From positions 1 through 64,000 of the forward strand of contig BAAIJX010000007.1 of the NCBI GenBank assembly GCA_054600435.1: a DNA stretch of 64,000 nt. The letters run 5' to 3'. Below the pieces are notes generated by a model. That model searched no databases. It was not told where the DNA came from and saw only the letters and a list, made by a program, of their open reading frames with translations. A program made the position numbers and the translations under genes. Below, one piece after another: positions 1 through 13,217 of this stretch. Within the stretch, counting starts at the first letter, position 1. Every line of letters begins with the position of its first letter. This stretch comes from Neophaeotheca triangularis. Taxonomy: Eukaryota.

Positions 1-20
1 CTCCTCACCTCATCGCGCAC

Positions 21-131
21 CCAACACCAACACCACTCCCAACAACACCACTCCCAACAACACCACTCCCAACAACACCACTCCCAACTCCAACTTCGAC
101 TCCAACTCCAACCCCGCCTCCCCACCCCCCG

Positions 132-170
<39 letters not shown>
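21..170. repeat. Low-complexity tract: 15-bp tandem unit CCCAACAACACCACT (about 3-4 copies) followed by a roughly 40-nt poly-C run
   Basis: Read directly from the sequence. Confidence 0.9.
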
Positions 171-172
<2 letters not shown>

Positions 173-1880
173 CAAGGTCCTCAAACAGCAGGCCCCTCGC
201 TCCAAACCCGCAGCCTCCCTCGCCTCACTCTCCGCGTCTCCGGGACTCTCTCGTCGGTAGTCGTCGTCATCGTCGTCGCCGTTGCCCCTAAAAGGAACAA
301 AATTTCCCCAAAACCAAATCCCCCCACCCTTTTCCGCTCCCCGAGATGGCGTCCTGGCCGGTTTCTCGGTTTCTCCAGCCCTCTTAGAGGCTCCGCTGTC
401 AGGAAAACAGGGATAGGAGTAGGGTTAGGGATAGGGGTTTAGGAAGTTGGATGCACGTAGGAAGCGAGCAAACTCGCTGTAAGTGAACCCGCTTTAAGCA
501 AACCGCCGCAAAGAAACCGCTGCAAAAAGAAAAAAGAAAGAAAAGGAAAAAAGAAAATCGTCAGCACAACACCCGGTTTTGCGGGCGGGAGCGCGGTGGT
601 TGAGGGTTACCGGCAGGGTTTGGGTGAGTCGGGTTAGGAAAGTTGGGAGGGTATTCTTCTCGGTGGCTTTCCACTCTATCGATTTGTTTTTCTTTCTCTT
701 TTGGGCTTCTATCTTTTTTTTCTCTTTTGGTTGCCTGGGGGGTTAAGAGGGGGACAAAGGCGGTCTCGCTTACTTTCGGGACGAGGAAGGCGGTTATTGA
801 GGATTGCGTTGAGCAGGACCGGGGATTGCCACGTGTGTTACGATGAGCGGAGGTCGAAGAGTCCCGGGCAGAGGGTGAAAGAAAAGGGTGAAGTTTGTGG
901 ATTGGGAGGGTTGGAAGATGCCGAGGGCGTGGTGTGCGCTGCTGAGGAATTGCGGGGTTGGGGATGAGAGAGTGCTGGAGGTGGGAGGCGGAGATTGGAA
1001 GCATTGTTGTTGTTTTTTTTGTTTCAGGGGGAAGGGGTGGATTAGTAGCGGGTTTCACGGGAAACTTAGGTAGAGAGAGCGACATGAGAGGAGAGGCAGC
1101 TAGGGCGAGACTAGCCTTGCTAGCAACGACTGGGGAGATCAAAGGAGAGTCGGAAGCAAAAGGCAAACCAAAACCCACAAGTATCAAAGGCAAGCGGAGC
1201 AAGACCATTGCACAAAAAAAGGGGGGCATACAGCCCTTCCTTCTGCACCACGCCTAATCTCCGTAACCTACCCCTTCCCTCGCCTCTAGCACACCATTCC
1301 GCAACACCGTCGAACTCCGCACCCACTTCCACTTCCATCTAGCTCCCACTAGACAGCCGCCCTGGCCTGCAAACCGCAAGACCCACACGCGTGAAACCGA
1401 CAAAGCGCAAGCGTTTTCCGCAAGGTCCCCGAGCTCGGCGGGGGAGCCGCGAAAAGGGGGTCTGTCTGGGCTAGCGAATCGCGAGGACGATGTACTTACC
1501 TACTCATGGGGGGGTCGTTCGTAGGCCAGTGGGTTGCACGGCGTGGGAATGTTTGACAGGACCGGGACTTAGGTTACCGGCTGCGAGAGCGGCGACGCGG
1601 CTGGTTATCGAGGGGGGTTTGAGTGTTGTTGGTGAGGTCGGAGGTGCGGTGAGGTCTACGCGGCTGTGGAAGTCGAGGAGAGGAGGTTGGGCGAGGATAG
1701 GTGTGATTGGGTGGATTTGAGGAACGGCTTTGACGATCGTTGTTATTATTATTGCACCCACCACAGGCGGCAACTACCTTAGTACTTTGTCGTTGAAGAA
1801 GATAGACGCGGACGATGCATACATATTCTTTGTATGCCTGTTATAAGTCAAGCCGGGAGCCCGGGTTCGTTGTATATGCT

Positions 1881-1906
1881 TGATGATGATGATGATGATG
1901 ATGATG
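1881..1906. repeat. (GAT)n microsatellite
   Basis: About 8 tandem GAT units; explains the spurious poly-Met and poly-Ile ORFs. Confidence 0.9.
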
Positions 1907-2644
1907 GACATCAACTCGAGTGGCACTATTCGTCGTAGTCGGTCTGCTCTGTCAAATGCCTGCACGTGCATTTGCCAATCCAGAGCTTCCGAAGTAGTAG
2001 ACCATGGGCTGTATAGATTGGAGATTACTGCAGTTGCCTTGTTTCTACGCGGATCCGCATTCCAAGCGTTGGAAGAAAGCTCGACATTAGACAGACGCTC
2101 TCTACGGAGATGGGTGGTATCTAGTAGAGGGATGAGGCCCGTGTCAACAAATGCAAGCTCTGAAAACCGAAATGACAGAAGCATAGGTAATGAAAAATCG
2201 TCCACACCTTCTAATACCAATATCTACATTCTCAAGAAATGCTCCCATTTCTCTCTATCAATGGTGAATGAAACCCCCCCCCCCCCCCCCCCAAAAAAGT
2301 CAAAAACTCCATGACACCAAAAATCTCGTAGCAGCATTAGAGTAAAAAGTATGCCTCTCCAACCACCAAGCGGCTTAGGGGTATACGATAGTTAAGCAGT
2401 CGCTCGAAACGCCGGAAATCAGATGAAAAGGCCGATTGTTGGAAAAAGAAGGGTCTTCGCGGTTCGGAAGGGCGAAGCGAGAAGTGAACGCTCGAACGCA
2501 GTAAGAATATTCATGGCGGAAATGGAAATGGAAGGTGGTGTTGACGGTGCCGAGGTGTTTCCCATGTCTTTCTTGATCGAGAGTGTCGTTGAGATGTTGG
2601 CGCACGGGATGAAGATGAAGATGGAGACGGAGACGGAAACGGGT

Positions 2645-3799
2645 CTAGAAAGTGCTCCATTCCATGCCCATGGACCTCGCGATGCTTCCGACCTTCAAGT
2701 CGTCACGTGCGTGGTGGTGGTGGGGGATGGCCAGACCCAGAGGAGGAATGGCAGTACCCTGAGAGCTGCTCTGCGAGTCGGCAATGCTGTTTGCGCGCGA
2801 GTGACGCAGCTTGACGACGACACGCCATTCCTGCCAGCAGCGATCGCAAGCCTTGCCAGGCTGACCGTCGGGATGGAAGCGGGCGTTTTGGTCCAGCGGC
2901 ACGAGATGGGTCATGTGCTCGCCGCAGACGACGTGACCGCATTTGCGGCAGTGATGCTTGCGGAAGTACCAGGTGAAGGTGTTGTGGCAGACGGCGCAGT
3001 CGACGGCCGAGGCATCGGGCTGGTACACACAGACATGAATGGTTAGCTTGAGCTCGGTCCAAAAAGCCAAGTTTGCTTGACGTGGGTCAAGAATCTCAAG
3101 ATCCACTTTCAAGGGAAGGCATGGCAAGCACGTGCTCTACCATGATGGTATCGCGTGCTTTATACCCCATTGTTGTGCCCTCCAACGAAAGCGAAGGTGT
3201 AGGTAAACCAATAAAAGGTACCTTGTCCTTCGCTCGCAGTGTCTCTTGAACTACCGCAAACCAGCAAATGCTCGTGGATGGATATATTCTAGACTTACCT
3301 TCCAATGTGCCCTCGACGGTGGACCGGTAACATCGCTCAGGTCATCATCCAGACCTTCGCTGGCCGCTCTGCTCAGGCCCCGCCTCAGTTTAGCCAAGTC
3401 GCTCTCCTCGGCAGCCCCTCGGATTGGGACTCCGCCCATCTCTTCCAAAGCCGCGACTTCCGACTTGCCGCTATCGAAACTGTTGTCTTTGCTGGCCGGG
3501 GGCGTGTCCGGTGCTCGCGGCCGATTCGGAATGTTGGTCGGGGGCGTTGCCATATCTGTCGGTCGTAAGGCGGCTGGTATGTATAATGGCTGCTTCGGCT
3601 GTCGTAGCTGCCGGACGTGGAGGTGCGAATGGTAGGTCGTGGGGGAGACATTGCTCGAGGGTGGTGTTTGCGACGTCGGCGTCGCATATGCGCCTTGAGT
3701 TTGCTGGTATGATTGCGGTGGGGAGGGCCCAGCACTGGCGACTGGGCTTGTGTATGGGTTGCCTGATGGCGAGGGCGCGTAGGCCGTGGTGGCCATCAT
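2645..3799 (-). CDS. FYVE zinc-finger (PI3P-binding) domain protein
   Basis: Exons 3799-3299 and 3019-2645; intron GTAAGT...GCTAAC...CAG. Splicing gives HWK|PDASAVDCAVC, restoring the FYVE WxxD motif. RKHHCRKCG and the CxxC pairs are present. Confidence 0.9.
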
Positions 3800-5130
3800 G
3801 TCGGTACTCGTGCTAGCGCGATCGTGGAGCTACAAGGCTGTCATGTGAGGAGCGGCAGTCGTATCGCTTTGAGGCAGAGCTAACAAGGTAGTCGAATTGA
3901 ACCTCGGAGCTGGTCGAAAATCGAGCTGGAGACAAAGGATACCGGACAATATTTACGGCCAAATCTCCCCTTGATAAGACGTCGAGGCGGTCTGAATAAG
4001 CTCGTTGCGCCAGCAAGGCGTGCAGAAAGAAGCGACAGGCGGGTGCGTCAACGGTGGTTTCGATTGGACAAATGGTTCAGAGGAGCAGCGACTGATAGCG
4101 GGTGCCGGGGAGAGTACGTCCAACGGCAGAGTACCAGGGTCCTAGCACCTGTGTCTGCGTCTGTGTGTGCGCCTGAATGGGATGTGACAAGAGTGCCAAC
4201 AAGCGAGAGGAATGATAGCAGCAAATTGGGTAGTAAGAGTGGTGGTATGCGGGGGGGGGGGGACCAGCAACAAGTGTCGCGTGAGGGAGGGCAGCATTTG
4301 GGGATGGTGGTGGGTGGTAATACTTAATAGCAGACCCGGCAATTTGCCCGGGTCGCGCCTACGCATTTGGGTTGGACCAACGAGGATGAAGTTCCGCTAG
4401 AAGCAGAAGCGCGAAAGAAGGCCCTGGCCCGTGCGGTTTGGAAGTTGAGTGGAGGGGGGGGTTCACAACGGCGAGTGGCCCCCCTGTCTGGCTAGTGGCC
4501 GCCGCCGGACCCCACCATTTTACAGCCAGCTTTGGCCACAAGCATTCGCCGCCTATCCGCTTGCGGTAGGAGGGACTATCTTGTCGCGTGCGCTCTTCCC
4601 TCGTTGCTGAGCGAGACAGAGAGGGCGTTGGACGACAAGGAGACAATGCAGTATCGCCGGTGAATGCTTGGAGTGGATAGGTAAGGTAAGGTATTTTGCA
4701 GTCTTGGTCTCAATAATACCTTACCTCACACACCCACCGTACAGCAGGGCAATCATCTCAGGACGGCCCGGGGAGATGGAAATACTCTCGAAAATGAACG
4801 CATCGCCCGCATGCACGCTAAAGTCTAAAGTCTGATTAACAGGCTCTCGATTGGTCGCAGCATCTTCCTTATCTCTCGGTGCTCCCAGGCTGATGCCACA
4901 CCGCACGCTTGGACCGGCCTTGCCCTGCGACTGCCGACTGTCTCGCGGCTGAAGTCTGGCCAAACTCGGTGAATTGACACACGTCGCTAAGCTAAGGTAA
5001 ACCTTCGTTCGGTGCTAAGATTTGCCATTCTACTCGCCATTCCTTTGAATCTTGAGCATGATGGAAACCACTGCTGTTTATCACTATGAAGCATCGTCTT
5101 ATCACAACACACCTAGTCGATGACAACAGC

Positions 5131-5164
5131 TAGGTAGGTAGGTAGGTAGGTAGGTAGGTAGGTA
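5131..5164. repeat. (TAGG)n microsatellite
   Basis: About 8 tandem units. Confidence 0.9.
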
Positions 5165-5299
5165 GTACCTACTACTAGTTACGGCCGACGAGGATACGAC
5201 CGTGCTGCCACGCGTCGGTGACAGGACAGGTTGATTAATTACTGTGGGTGTCCATATTAGCCGACCCAATTTTTGACATGTGCCTACTACTACCTGTCC

Positions 5300-5311
5300 C
5301 ACTACTACTAT

Positions 5312-5356
<45 letters not shown>
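5300..5356. repeat. (CTA)n microsatellite
   Basis: Long, nearly perfect CTA run. Confidence 0.9.
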
Positions 5357-6450
5357 AGCCACCCAACAACCCAGTAGGACACCCGACACCCAGATACGGG
5401 GATTGTTCAAGATGATCGACACTGTAAGTTATGTAATGACCTAATTTAATTCAGGGTCTGCTCATTCCCAGCAGCTCGGCGAGCATACCTTACCGGGCTC
5501 GAGCCGGCCGGGCGAAACAGACGACTACGACCTCGGGACAAGGTTGGAAGGCAGAGCCGGGCTCGCGCGAGCTTCGGTAGCGCACGGATCATCCATCTTC
5601 ACGAGCTCGAACGATACCGTTTCTACTACTGTACTGGCAAAGGTTAATTATCATAATCATAATCATAATCACAATAGTGGATGGATGGAATAATGGTCCA
5701 TGAACGGTGATGGAGGCATCCCGCTCAAACTTGAGCACCAGTGACCGCCATTACTGAGTTTTATACCTCCTAGCACTACTACTACCACTAACTTACCTTA
5801 CCTTACTACTGCTTCTGACCAGTAACTCGCCAACTCAGCACTGACTATAGACACCAAGGTACCCCGTGAATTGTATTCTGTATTTTATTGTTCGATGGAC
5901 CGAGGCAACAAAGCCTACTCCGCTTACCTCCGCCGCCTGCGAGACTTTGTTGCCATCGAGATGAGGGGGTCACATCTTCTACAAATGGGCAAGATACGCC
6001 AGCAGCAGCAGCAGCAGCAGATCCTCAACGCGTTTCGATTGTGTTTGATAGCAGTTGGCAGTAGTGAGTGGTACCTCCCACCTCAACTTTTAGTCTTCAC
6101 CTCGTCTATCATTGCCATTACTCCATCGTTATTTTTATTATTATTAACATTATTGAACACACGACAGGGCTGCAGCTACGAGCTTGCCCGGCCCTACCTT
6201 TACCTAGCCCAGACCAGCCTCACCTGGGCATCCATCCCGCGGAGTTGACAGCCAGCGTCGTCACTTTCACCACAGCTCAGCTCAACGTACTGGACAGCAG
6301 CGCCAGCAACCTGGAACTTAACGTTAGGTCCTAGTATCATCTTTGTTGGGCGATCGGTACCCACCTCACTCGCCCGATCAGCCAGCTAGTTGGAACTTGA
6401 CCGTGGTATCGCCTTGTCGACATTCAGGACTACCGACATAGCGCCATCCC

Positions 6451-8967
6451 ATGGCGTCTGCTGCGTCTGCTGCGTCTGCTGCTGCGTCTGTGCCTGGTGA
6501 TTTTGTGGAGGAGACGATTAGGCAGACTCCAACCCCGTTACCTCCATTGCCAGAGTCAGACCCCCTGACCGCTGAACAATGGGGCATCTTCTCCGCCATA
6601 GCAGACACCGTCATCCCTTCCTTTACCTCGTCGCAAGGCAACAGGCTGCTACAACATCCTCTGAGTAGCGACGTGTACGACGCTGCGGCGAGGCGCATCA
6701 AACAGCTCCATGTGGAACATGGCATTGTCGACAGATATCTTGCCGAGAATGCCAGTGCTCAACCCGCTTTCAAACAGAGCATCGTCAGGTTGCTAGGCTT
6801 TCATTTGCCTGAAAAGGCTAGGAATGACTTGTTAACGGTACTCAATCTTCTAAAGTAAGTCACTGCATGTGCTCTACCTCCTATCGATAAGAAGCTCTTC
6901 TTCATGCATACCACACATCTCCTCAAATCTACTGGCTTGGATGTCATGCATGTCAGACGGACTGAATGCTTATCACACAACAGACATTGTCGCACGTGGC
7001 GCTTGTGACGAAGTTGCAAATACTGACCAACCTGTAGCACTCGAGCGGGAGCCCTGCTACTCACAGGTTACAGCACGCCCATAGATTGTCTGCCAATACA
7101 AACACGCGAGAGAATACTGCAAGGATGGGCGACCGCTCGACTGCCTCCAATCAGGGCGATTTTCAAATCGTTAACATCGCTGAGCAAAATGTATTGGATC
7201 AGGACATCCCCTACTTTTGGTCAAGTCCTTGGATACCCTAGAACGCCCGTCCACGGTGCACCCGCGGAAACGAGCTTCCCTTTTTCCTTTTTACAAATAC
7301 CCCCGGCATCTACTCACGAACCCGAAGTCATCGCTGCGGACGTGGTGATTGTTGGAAGCGGTTGTGGTGGCGCTGTCGCTGCCAAAGCGCTATCCGAGGC
7401 GGGCCTGAAAGTGCTCGTTGTCGACAAGTCATACTACTGGCCGCCTCAGCACCTGCCAATGTCGGAGAATGACGCCGCTCAGCATCTCTTCGATAACGGC
7501 GGTTCACGAGCTTCCGACGACGCCTCCATATCCATCATCAACGGTTCCGCGTGGGGAGGTGGTGGGACCATCAACTGGAGCGCTTCGCTGCAAACGCAGG
7601 GCTATGTGCGGAGAGAGTGGTCGGAAAAGTTTGGTCTGAAGCATTTCACAAGCTCGCAATATCAGCGCGATCTTGATGCCGTATGTGAGCGCATGGGAGT
7701 GGGCACCTCCGCCATCGAGCATAACAAGGGTAATGCCGTCTTGCTAGAGGGGGCGAGGAAGCTGGGCTGGAGCGCGAAAGTGGTCCCCCAGAACACTGGA
7801 GGCGAGGCGCATAACTGCGGCTACTGTACTCTCGGTTGCGGTTCGTGCGGCAAAAAGGGCCCGACCGAAACCTTTCTCCCCGACGCCGCAAATGCCGGTG
7901 CAAGCTTCATCGAAGGCTTCGAATGCCTGGAAGTTCTGTTGGATGACAGCAGCGCTGGCAGTCAACGGGTAACCAAGGGCGTACGCGGGTTTTGGACGTC
8001 ACGAGACAGCCTCGGCGGCGTTGCAGGCTCAGACAGAAATCGCCGCGAAGTCATCATCCACGCGCCTCGAGTCATCCTAAGCACGGGACCGCTGCACTCG
8101 CCAATCCTGCTCGAAAACTCAGGCATCCGCAACCAACACCTAGGAAAGCACCTGCATCTGCACCCAGTCTCTCTACTCTCCGCCGTCTGGCCAGAACCCG
8201 TGCGCCCATGGGAAGGCTCCATCCTCACCTCGGTCGTCAACGAAATCGAAGACCTCGACGGCGACGGCTACGGCGCCAAACTCGAAGCCATGACCATGCT
8301 GCCGGGATGGTTCCTGCCCTTCTTCCCCTGGCGAAGCGGCCTCGAGTGGAAAGCCTTCGCGGCCAAAATGAAGCACATGACGGGCTACATCTCGCTCGCG
8401 CGCGACCGCTACGGCGGCCGCGTCTACGCCGATCCCGCCGATCGCCACAAGTGCCGCATCGCTTACACGCCGAGCAAACACGACCAACGCCATGTTCTAG
8501 CGGGCTTGGCCCGACTGGCGGAGATTGTGTACGTCGAGGGCGCGCTCGAGATCCACGTCGGCGTGCCGGGCGTCGAGCCCTTCATCCGGCCCTCGGCGCT
8601 TCCCTCACACGGCGATGATGAAAACGTGCGTGTGCACGCGCTCGCGAGCCCGTCCATCAGCGATGCGGGTTTCGCGGCTTGGAGGGCGAGATTGCTCGGT
8701 TCGAAGTTCCGCGCACCGGACTCGTTGTTTGGGTCCGCGCATCAGATGGGGACGTGTAGGATGGGGGTTTCGGAGCGCGAGGGGGTCGTCGATGAGCGGG
8801 GGAGGGTTTTTGGCGCTCGGGGTCTGTATGTGTGTGATTCGAGCGTTTTTCCCAGCGCTAGTGGTGTTAATCCTATGGTCACTACTATGGGGATTGCGAG
8901 GGGCGTTGGGAGGGGCATTGTGGAGGAGTTGGGTGTAGGGACGGGCCAGGTTAGGGCTAGGCTTTGA
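6451..8967 (+). CDS. Long-chain fatty alcohol oxidase (GMC oxidoreductase, FAO family)
   Basis: Exons 6451-6854 and 7038-8967 (GTAAGT...ACTGAC...TAG, frame conserved). Motifs: FAD-binding DVVIVGSGCGG, GGGGTINWS, CGYCTLGC, SAHQMGTCRM and FPSASGVNPMVT. C-terminal ARL is a PTS1-type tripeptide. Confidence 0.93.
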
Positions 8968-9117
8968 GTGTAATAATGGCGTTTGGAATCAGAGTTGAAA
9001 ACTGCACGTGGCAAATCACAGCTCACACTACACTGCACTACACTACACTACACACACCTCCCCTAGCCCCCCTATCCTCCCCGTACCCCAATTCTCCCCC
9101 CCCCCTCCTGAACCTTC

Positions 9118-9772
9118 CTACTTCCTCTTATGCACCGGCAACGTAGCATAAAGCGCCATAGCCCTCACATTCGCCTCAGCAGGCATGGGCTCACCCCTCT
9201 CACTAGCCTCCCCACTCAACTGAGCCAAGAGCTTAAAATAATTAATATAAAAACTCGGGGTGAAAGTGTTAAAAAACACGCTCTCGCCATCCGTCGGGTT
9301 GGAGAAAGTGTGCGGCGCCTTGACGGGCACGGTCACGTAGTCGCCGGCGCGCGCGTCGATGGTTTTCTCGTCGTCGCCGCACGCCTCCCCCCCTGTGGTC
9401 GACGGGATGTGGAACCGCACAGTGCCTTTGGTCACTAGGAAGGTTTCGTCGTGCATTTCGTGCCAGTGCGCGGGCGGGCCCGTGGTGTGTGGTGGTAGGG
9501 TGAATTCGGCGGAGCCCAGGCGGTTGTCTGTGGGTTTGGCGAAGGGGAGGGGTGGTGTTAGGAGGTTGGGGGGAACTTTTTTTTTTTTTTTGGGAAGCGT
9601 TGGGAGGTGGGTTTGGGGGGTTCGAACTGGGGTGGGGCGGCCGGATGGACGAACCTGTGTGAGAGCCGTCTTCCATGATTCTGCAGGTGATGGTGCCGAA
9701 TTTGAGTATCTCGCCTGATGTTGCTGGGACGAACTCGACGGCGCGGTCGGGGATGGGGACGATGCCGGCCAT
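9118..9772 (-). CDS. Cupin-domain (RmlC-like) protein
   Basis: Exons 9772-9655 and 9527-9118 (GTTCGT...CTAAC...CAG), joining IMEDGSHT|DNRLG. Cupin motifs GPPAHWHEMHDETFLV and GDYVTVPVKAPHTFSN. Confidence 0.88.
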
Positions 9773-10389
9773 GTTGTGGCTTCGGGGTGTTCTTTTGTCT
9801 TGATGAAGGTGGGGGATGTTGGGGGGGTAGGTGTCGTCAACGGCTTGGAATGATGGTTGATTTGGTTCTGGTGCTTTGGGGGAGGTAGGGTAGTGGTAGT
9901 ATATCAAACGATGGGATGAAGTCGAGCTGTTGGAAGGTTCGGTAGTGGAGGGGCCGGTGGATGTAGATGGATGGATGTTCGGCGTCCGGTCATCATCGGT
10001 GGAACGAGGGAATAAAGCCAATAATGTACATTGGATAACTTCCTACTGATTACCTATTTGTTGGGTTAAAGGATACTAGGGATTGTATAGATAGTTTGCT
10101 ATCACTATCAATCAATGCTAAGCTTGTTGTTCAATCAATACGTTCACAGTATAACGAACAATTAACTAGGTACCTACCGTAGGTACCTGAGGACAGCGCG
10201 TTACCTACGCAGCCGAATCGGTGGACGACGTCGTTGATGTTGGCCCCGCGCACGTCACCCCTTCAGCGGTATGGCTCGGTCCGCTGATCTGGTCTTGAGT
10301 GCCTATTGTTAGACCATCATCAATGACTACCTACCTGCTCTCGACCAAGCACTCTTCTCACCAGCAAACCACACTCGATACACAATACA

Positions 10390-11743
10390 ATGGGAGACAA
10401 GTTGAAGAACCTTGCAAAAGGAGGATGGCATCCGGAAAAGGATCGCGGAGGCGGGCAGGGCTTTCGCAAGGACATGTCAATGTACATGGGGAGGAAGCAG
10501 AAGGATCCAGATGAGGAAAGGAGAGCATCGCATCAATCAAGGCCGTTGAACGCCTTGCAAGATCGTCAGTACTGCTGTCATGTTGCTATCCATGACCTCC
10601 GCTGACACCGTTGCAGCCGACTCTTTCGGGCCACCACCAAAGCACTCAGCATACTATGGACCTGGCGCCTCTGCTGCCTCTTCCCCAAACCAACCTAGGG
10701 CGGCGACTGGAGGATTGGGAGGGCCTGTTCCTGCAAGGCAACAGCAGCATCAACAGGCCGAACCCGAGCCTCCAAGACAACCTGAGCCATACAGAAGAGA
10801 CACGACAGGGTTGAGTACGGCGAATTTACCCAAACCACCAGTACGGAGGAATGTAGACTCTGCAAGCCCTCCCGTACCTGCGAGGGGTGGCCCTGCACCA
10901 CCACCCAGACAAGCCGCGAACCCAGCTCCTCCACCACGAGCAGGCATGCAACCTCCACCGGCTGCTGGAAGGGCTGCTCCCGCGCCGCCGCCTCGACTTC
11001 CCCCAAGGCAGAACGAGTACCCTGACGAATACACTCCACCACCGCCTCCAACCTACAACGAAGCACTAGATGCACCTCAACCAGCTCAAAATGCCGGCCA
11101 CATCAATCAAGGTGCAGCCAGCCGACTAAGCCAAGCGGGCGTGCAAGTCCCCGGTTTCGGCATAGGTTCGAGCAACAGCAACAACAACAACTCACAGCAG
11201 CACCAGTCCGCCCCCCAGTCCAACCCTCAACTAGGCGAGCTGCAATCCCGCTTCTCCCGCATGACCACCAACAACAATTCTCAGCCGGGGCAAACCACCC
11301 AACAACAACCGCAACAGAGCGGGGGAGGCACGACCTGGAAGCAAAAGCAAGACGCCCTCAAAACCGCCCAATCCTTCCGCAACGATCCCTCCTCCGTCTC
11401 CTTCTCCGACGCCCGAGCTACAGCCTCTACAGCCAACAATTTTCGAGAAAGGCACGGCGCGCAAGTCGCTTCGGCGGCCAGCACTGCCAACAACATGAAC
11501 CAGAAGTACGGCATCTCTCAAAAATTTGGCAGTATGATGGGACAACAACAATCGCAAGCGCAGTCGCCGCCACCTCCACAGGCATCGCCTTCCGCTGCCA
11601 CGCCCCCGCCTGCCCCAGCTTCGGCTGCGGGAAAGAAGGCCGCGCCTCCGCCACCTCCTAAAAAGAGTAACCTTGCTGCTGGTGGGGGTGGTGCGCAGGA
11701 ACCCCCACCAATCCCTATGTCTAGCAAACCTCGCCCGTCGTGA
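10390..11743 (+). CDS. Proline/glutamine-rich conserved fungal protein (Aim3-like, putative actin-patch associated)
   Basis: Exons 10390-10564 and 10617-11743 (GTCAGT...GCTGAC...CAG). N-terminal KGGWHP...SRPLNALQDPDSFGPPPKH, many PxxP motifs and a C-terminal PPPIPMSSKP. The family label is from recollection. Confidence 0.7.
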
Positions 11744-12634
11744 AAGGACGACGATGCTGTCGAAGACTGACCAAAACCACCGAGACCAAAGGCGGTTCAG
11801 TTGAGCGCTTTGGCGCAAGAAAAAGCTCGATATTGGACCCTGTGCCCGAAGAATCCATGTCTCGCCTATCATCGTGTTTCAAGGACTGCAGCGCTCTGCG
11901 CACCGCTTACATGTAGTTTTACGATGTCATTTAGATTATCAATGCCGACCAGAGACCAACTGCAAAGCAAACACTTAAGAGACCGCTCTACCACCGCTAC
12001 CACCCCACTTTACTCAAAACACTCTCAACGCTCTAACCCTCACCGAGGCCGTCTCAAACCAAAAGCCACAATTCAGTAGCTCGTGGTTGCGTTCATCGAG
12101 CCCTGCGCCCGGCCTCGGTACCGACCCACCCGATCCCGTCGTCTCGCCGGTCCCGGATAGTCGACAACACATCTCTGGAATACTTCTGCAAGCCCCAGAC
12201 GCTCACGTCCGTTAATTTTCGGTTCCACCTTCAGCGAGTGAGCGAGCGACCAGTGGAGCTACGACCGTCGCTAGCGGGAAAGCGCACGATGGGGGATCCG
12301 GCCACGGCAGATGGAAGAGGGGTGCCGAAGTTCTCCATCGCATCGCAGTCACAATGAGCGAGGTGCCAAAGGGCGCTGCGGTACGCCGTCCTGCGATGCG
12401 ACCAAGCAAGCCGTTCTTGTCGGGTACGTCCTCGAGTTCTGCTATCTTCGGCGATGTTGATGGGGGCTAAACGAGACAACAAAGGCGCGGAAACCCTAGA
12501 TGTCGACAAGACTAAGCTTCTTATGGCGGAATGTCGCGTGGAAGTCTGTAGACGAGAGTACTTACTTACGTGAACTTAAGAAGGTTGGGCTCGAAGCTCG
12601 GGTTTAAAGCTGGATCGAAGTTTCATGAAGATAT

Positions 12635-12739
<105 letters not shown>

Positions 12740-13217
12740 ACAGAGGAACGAGAGAAAAAAGGGGGAAGACACGACCGCCAGATGAAAGAGAATTTCTATA
12801 CGCGATCCAGCCGCGGAGTGTCTTGTGGTCGTCCTCTTTTACGTACACGTCATTGAACAGACATGCTGAGGATAAATAAATGTGTCTTCATCTGGCTCTC
12901 CACCTGGCTCGTTTCTACTCTCGCTTCGCCTTGCCTTGTCTTGTCTCGCCTCGCCTCGTCACGTCGCGCCTACTGAGCAGCTCGCAACAATTGATGCCTT
13001 CTTCCTAGTGTACTGCTCGTCGCCAAGTCGCCTACCCGCAGACCACAAGCCAGCGCTTCCCTTGTGACAAAGCACCTTTCTGCCTCTCCCCCGTTTTAAA
13101 GATCTGTACTTCCCTTCCTGGCCAAGTCCAGCCTCTCCACAACCTGAGCTCCCCCCGCATCTTCTGCTCGAACTCCCCAGCCACCATCAACTCACAACCC
13201 CCACACGCCCAACACTC

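Noticed and set aside
405..445. TTAGGG-like words (GGGTTAGGGATAGGGGTTTAGG) as a telomere relic
   Set aside because: Only one perfect unit in a G-rich stretch; no tandem array.
561..2314. ORFs 561-1229 (-), 1774-2220 (-) and 1880-2314 (+)
   Set aside because: Low-complexity or microsatellite-driven translations with no recognisable domain; likely UTR or intergenic DNA.
5871..6248. Poly-Gln ORF upstream of the alcohol oxidase
   Set aside because: TTG start, and explained by a short (CAG)n repeat.
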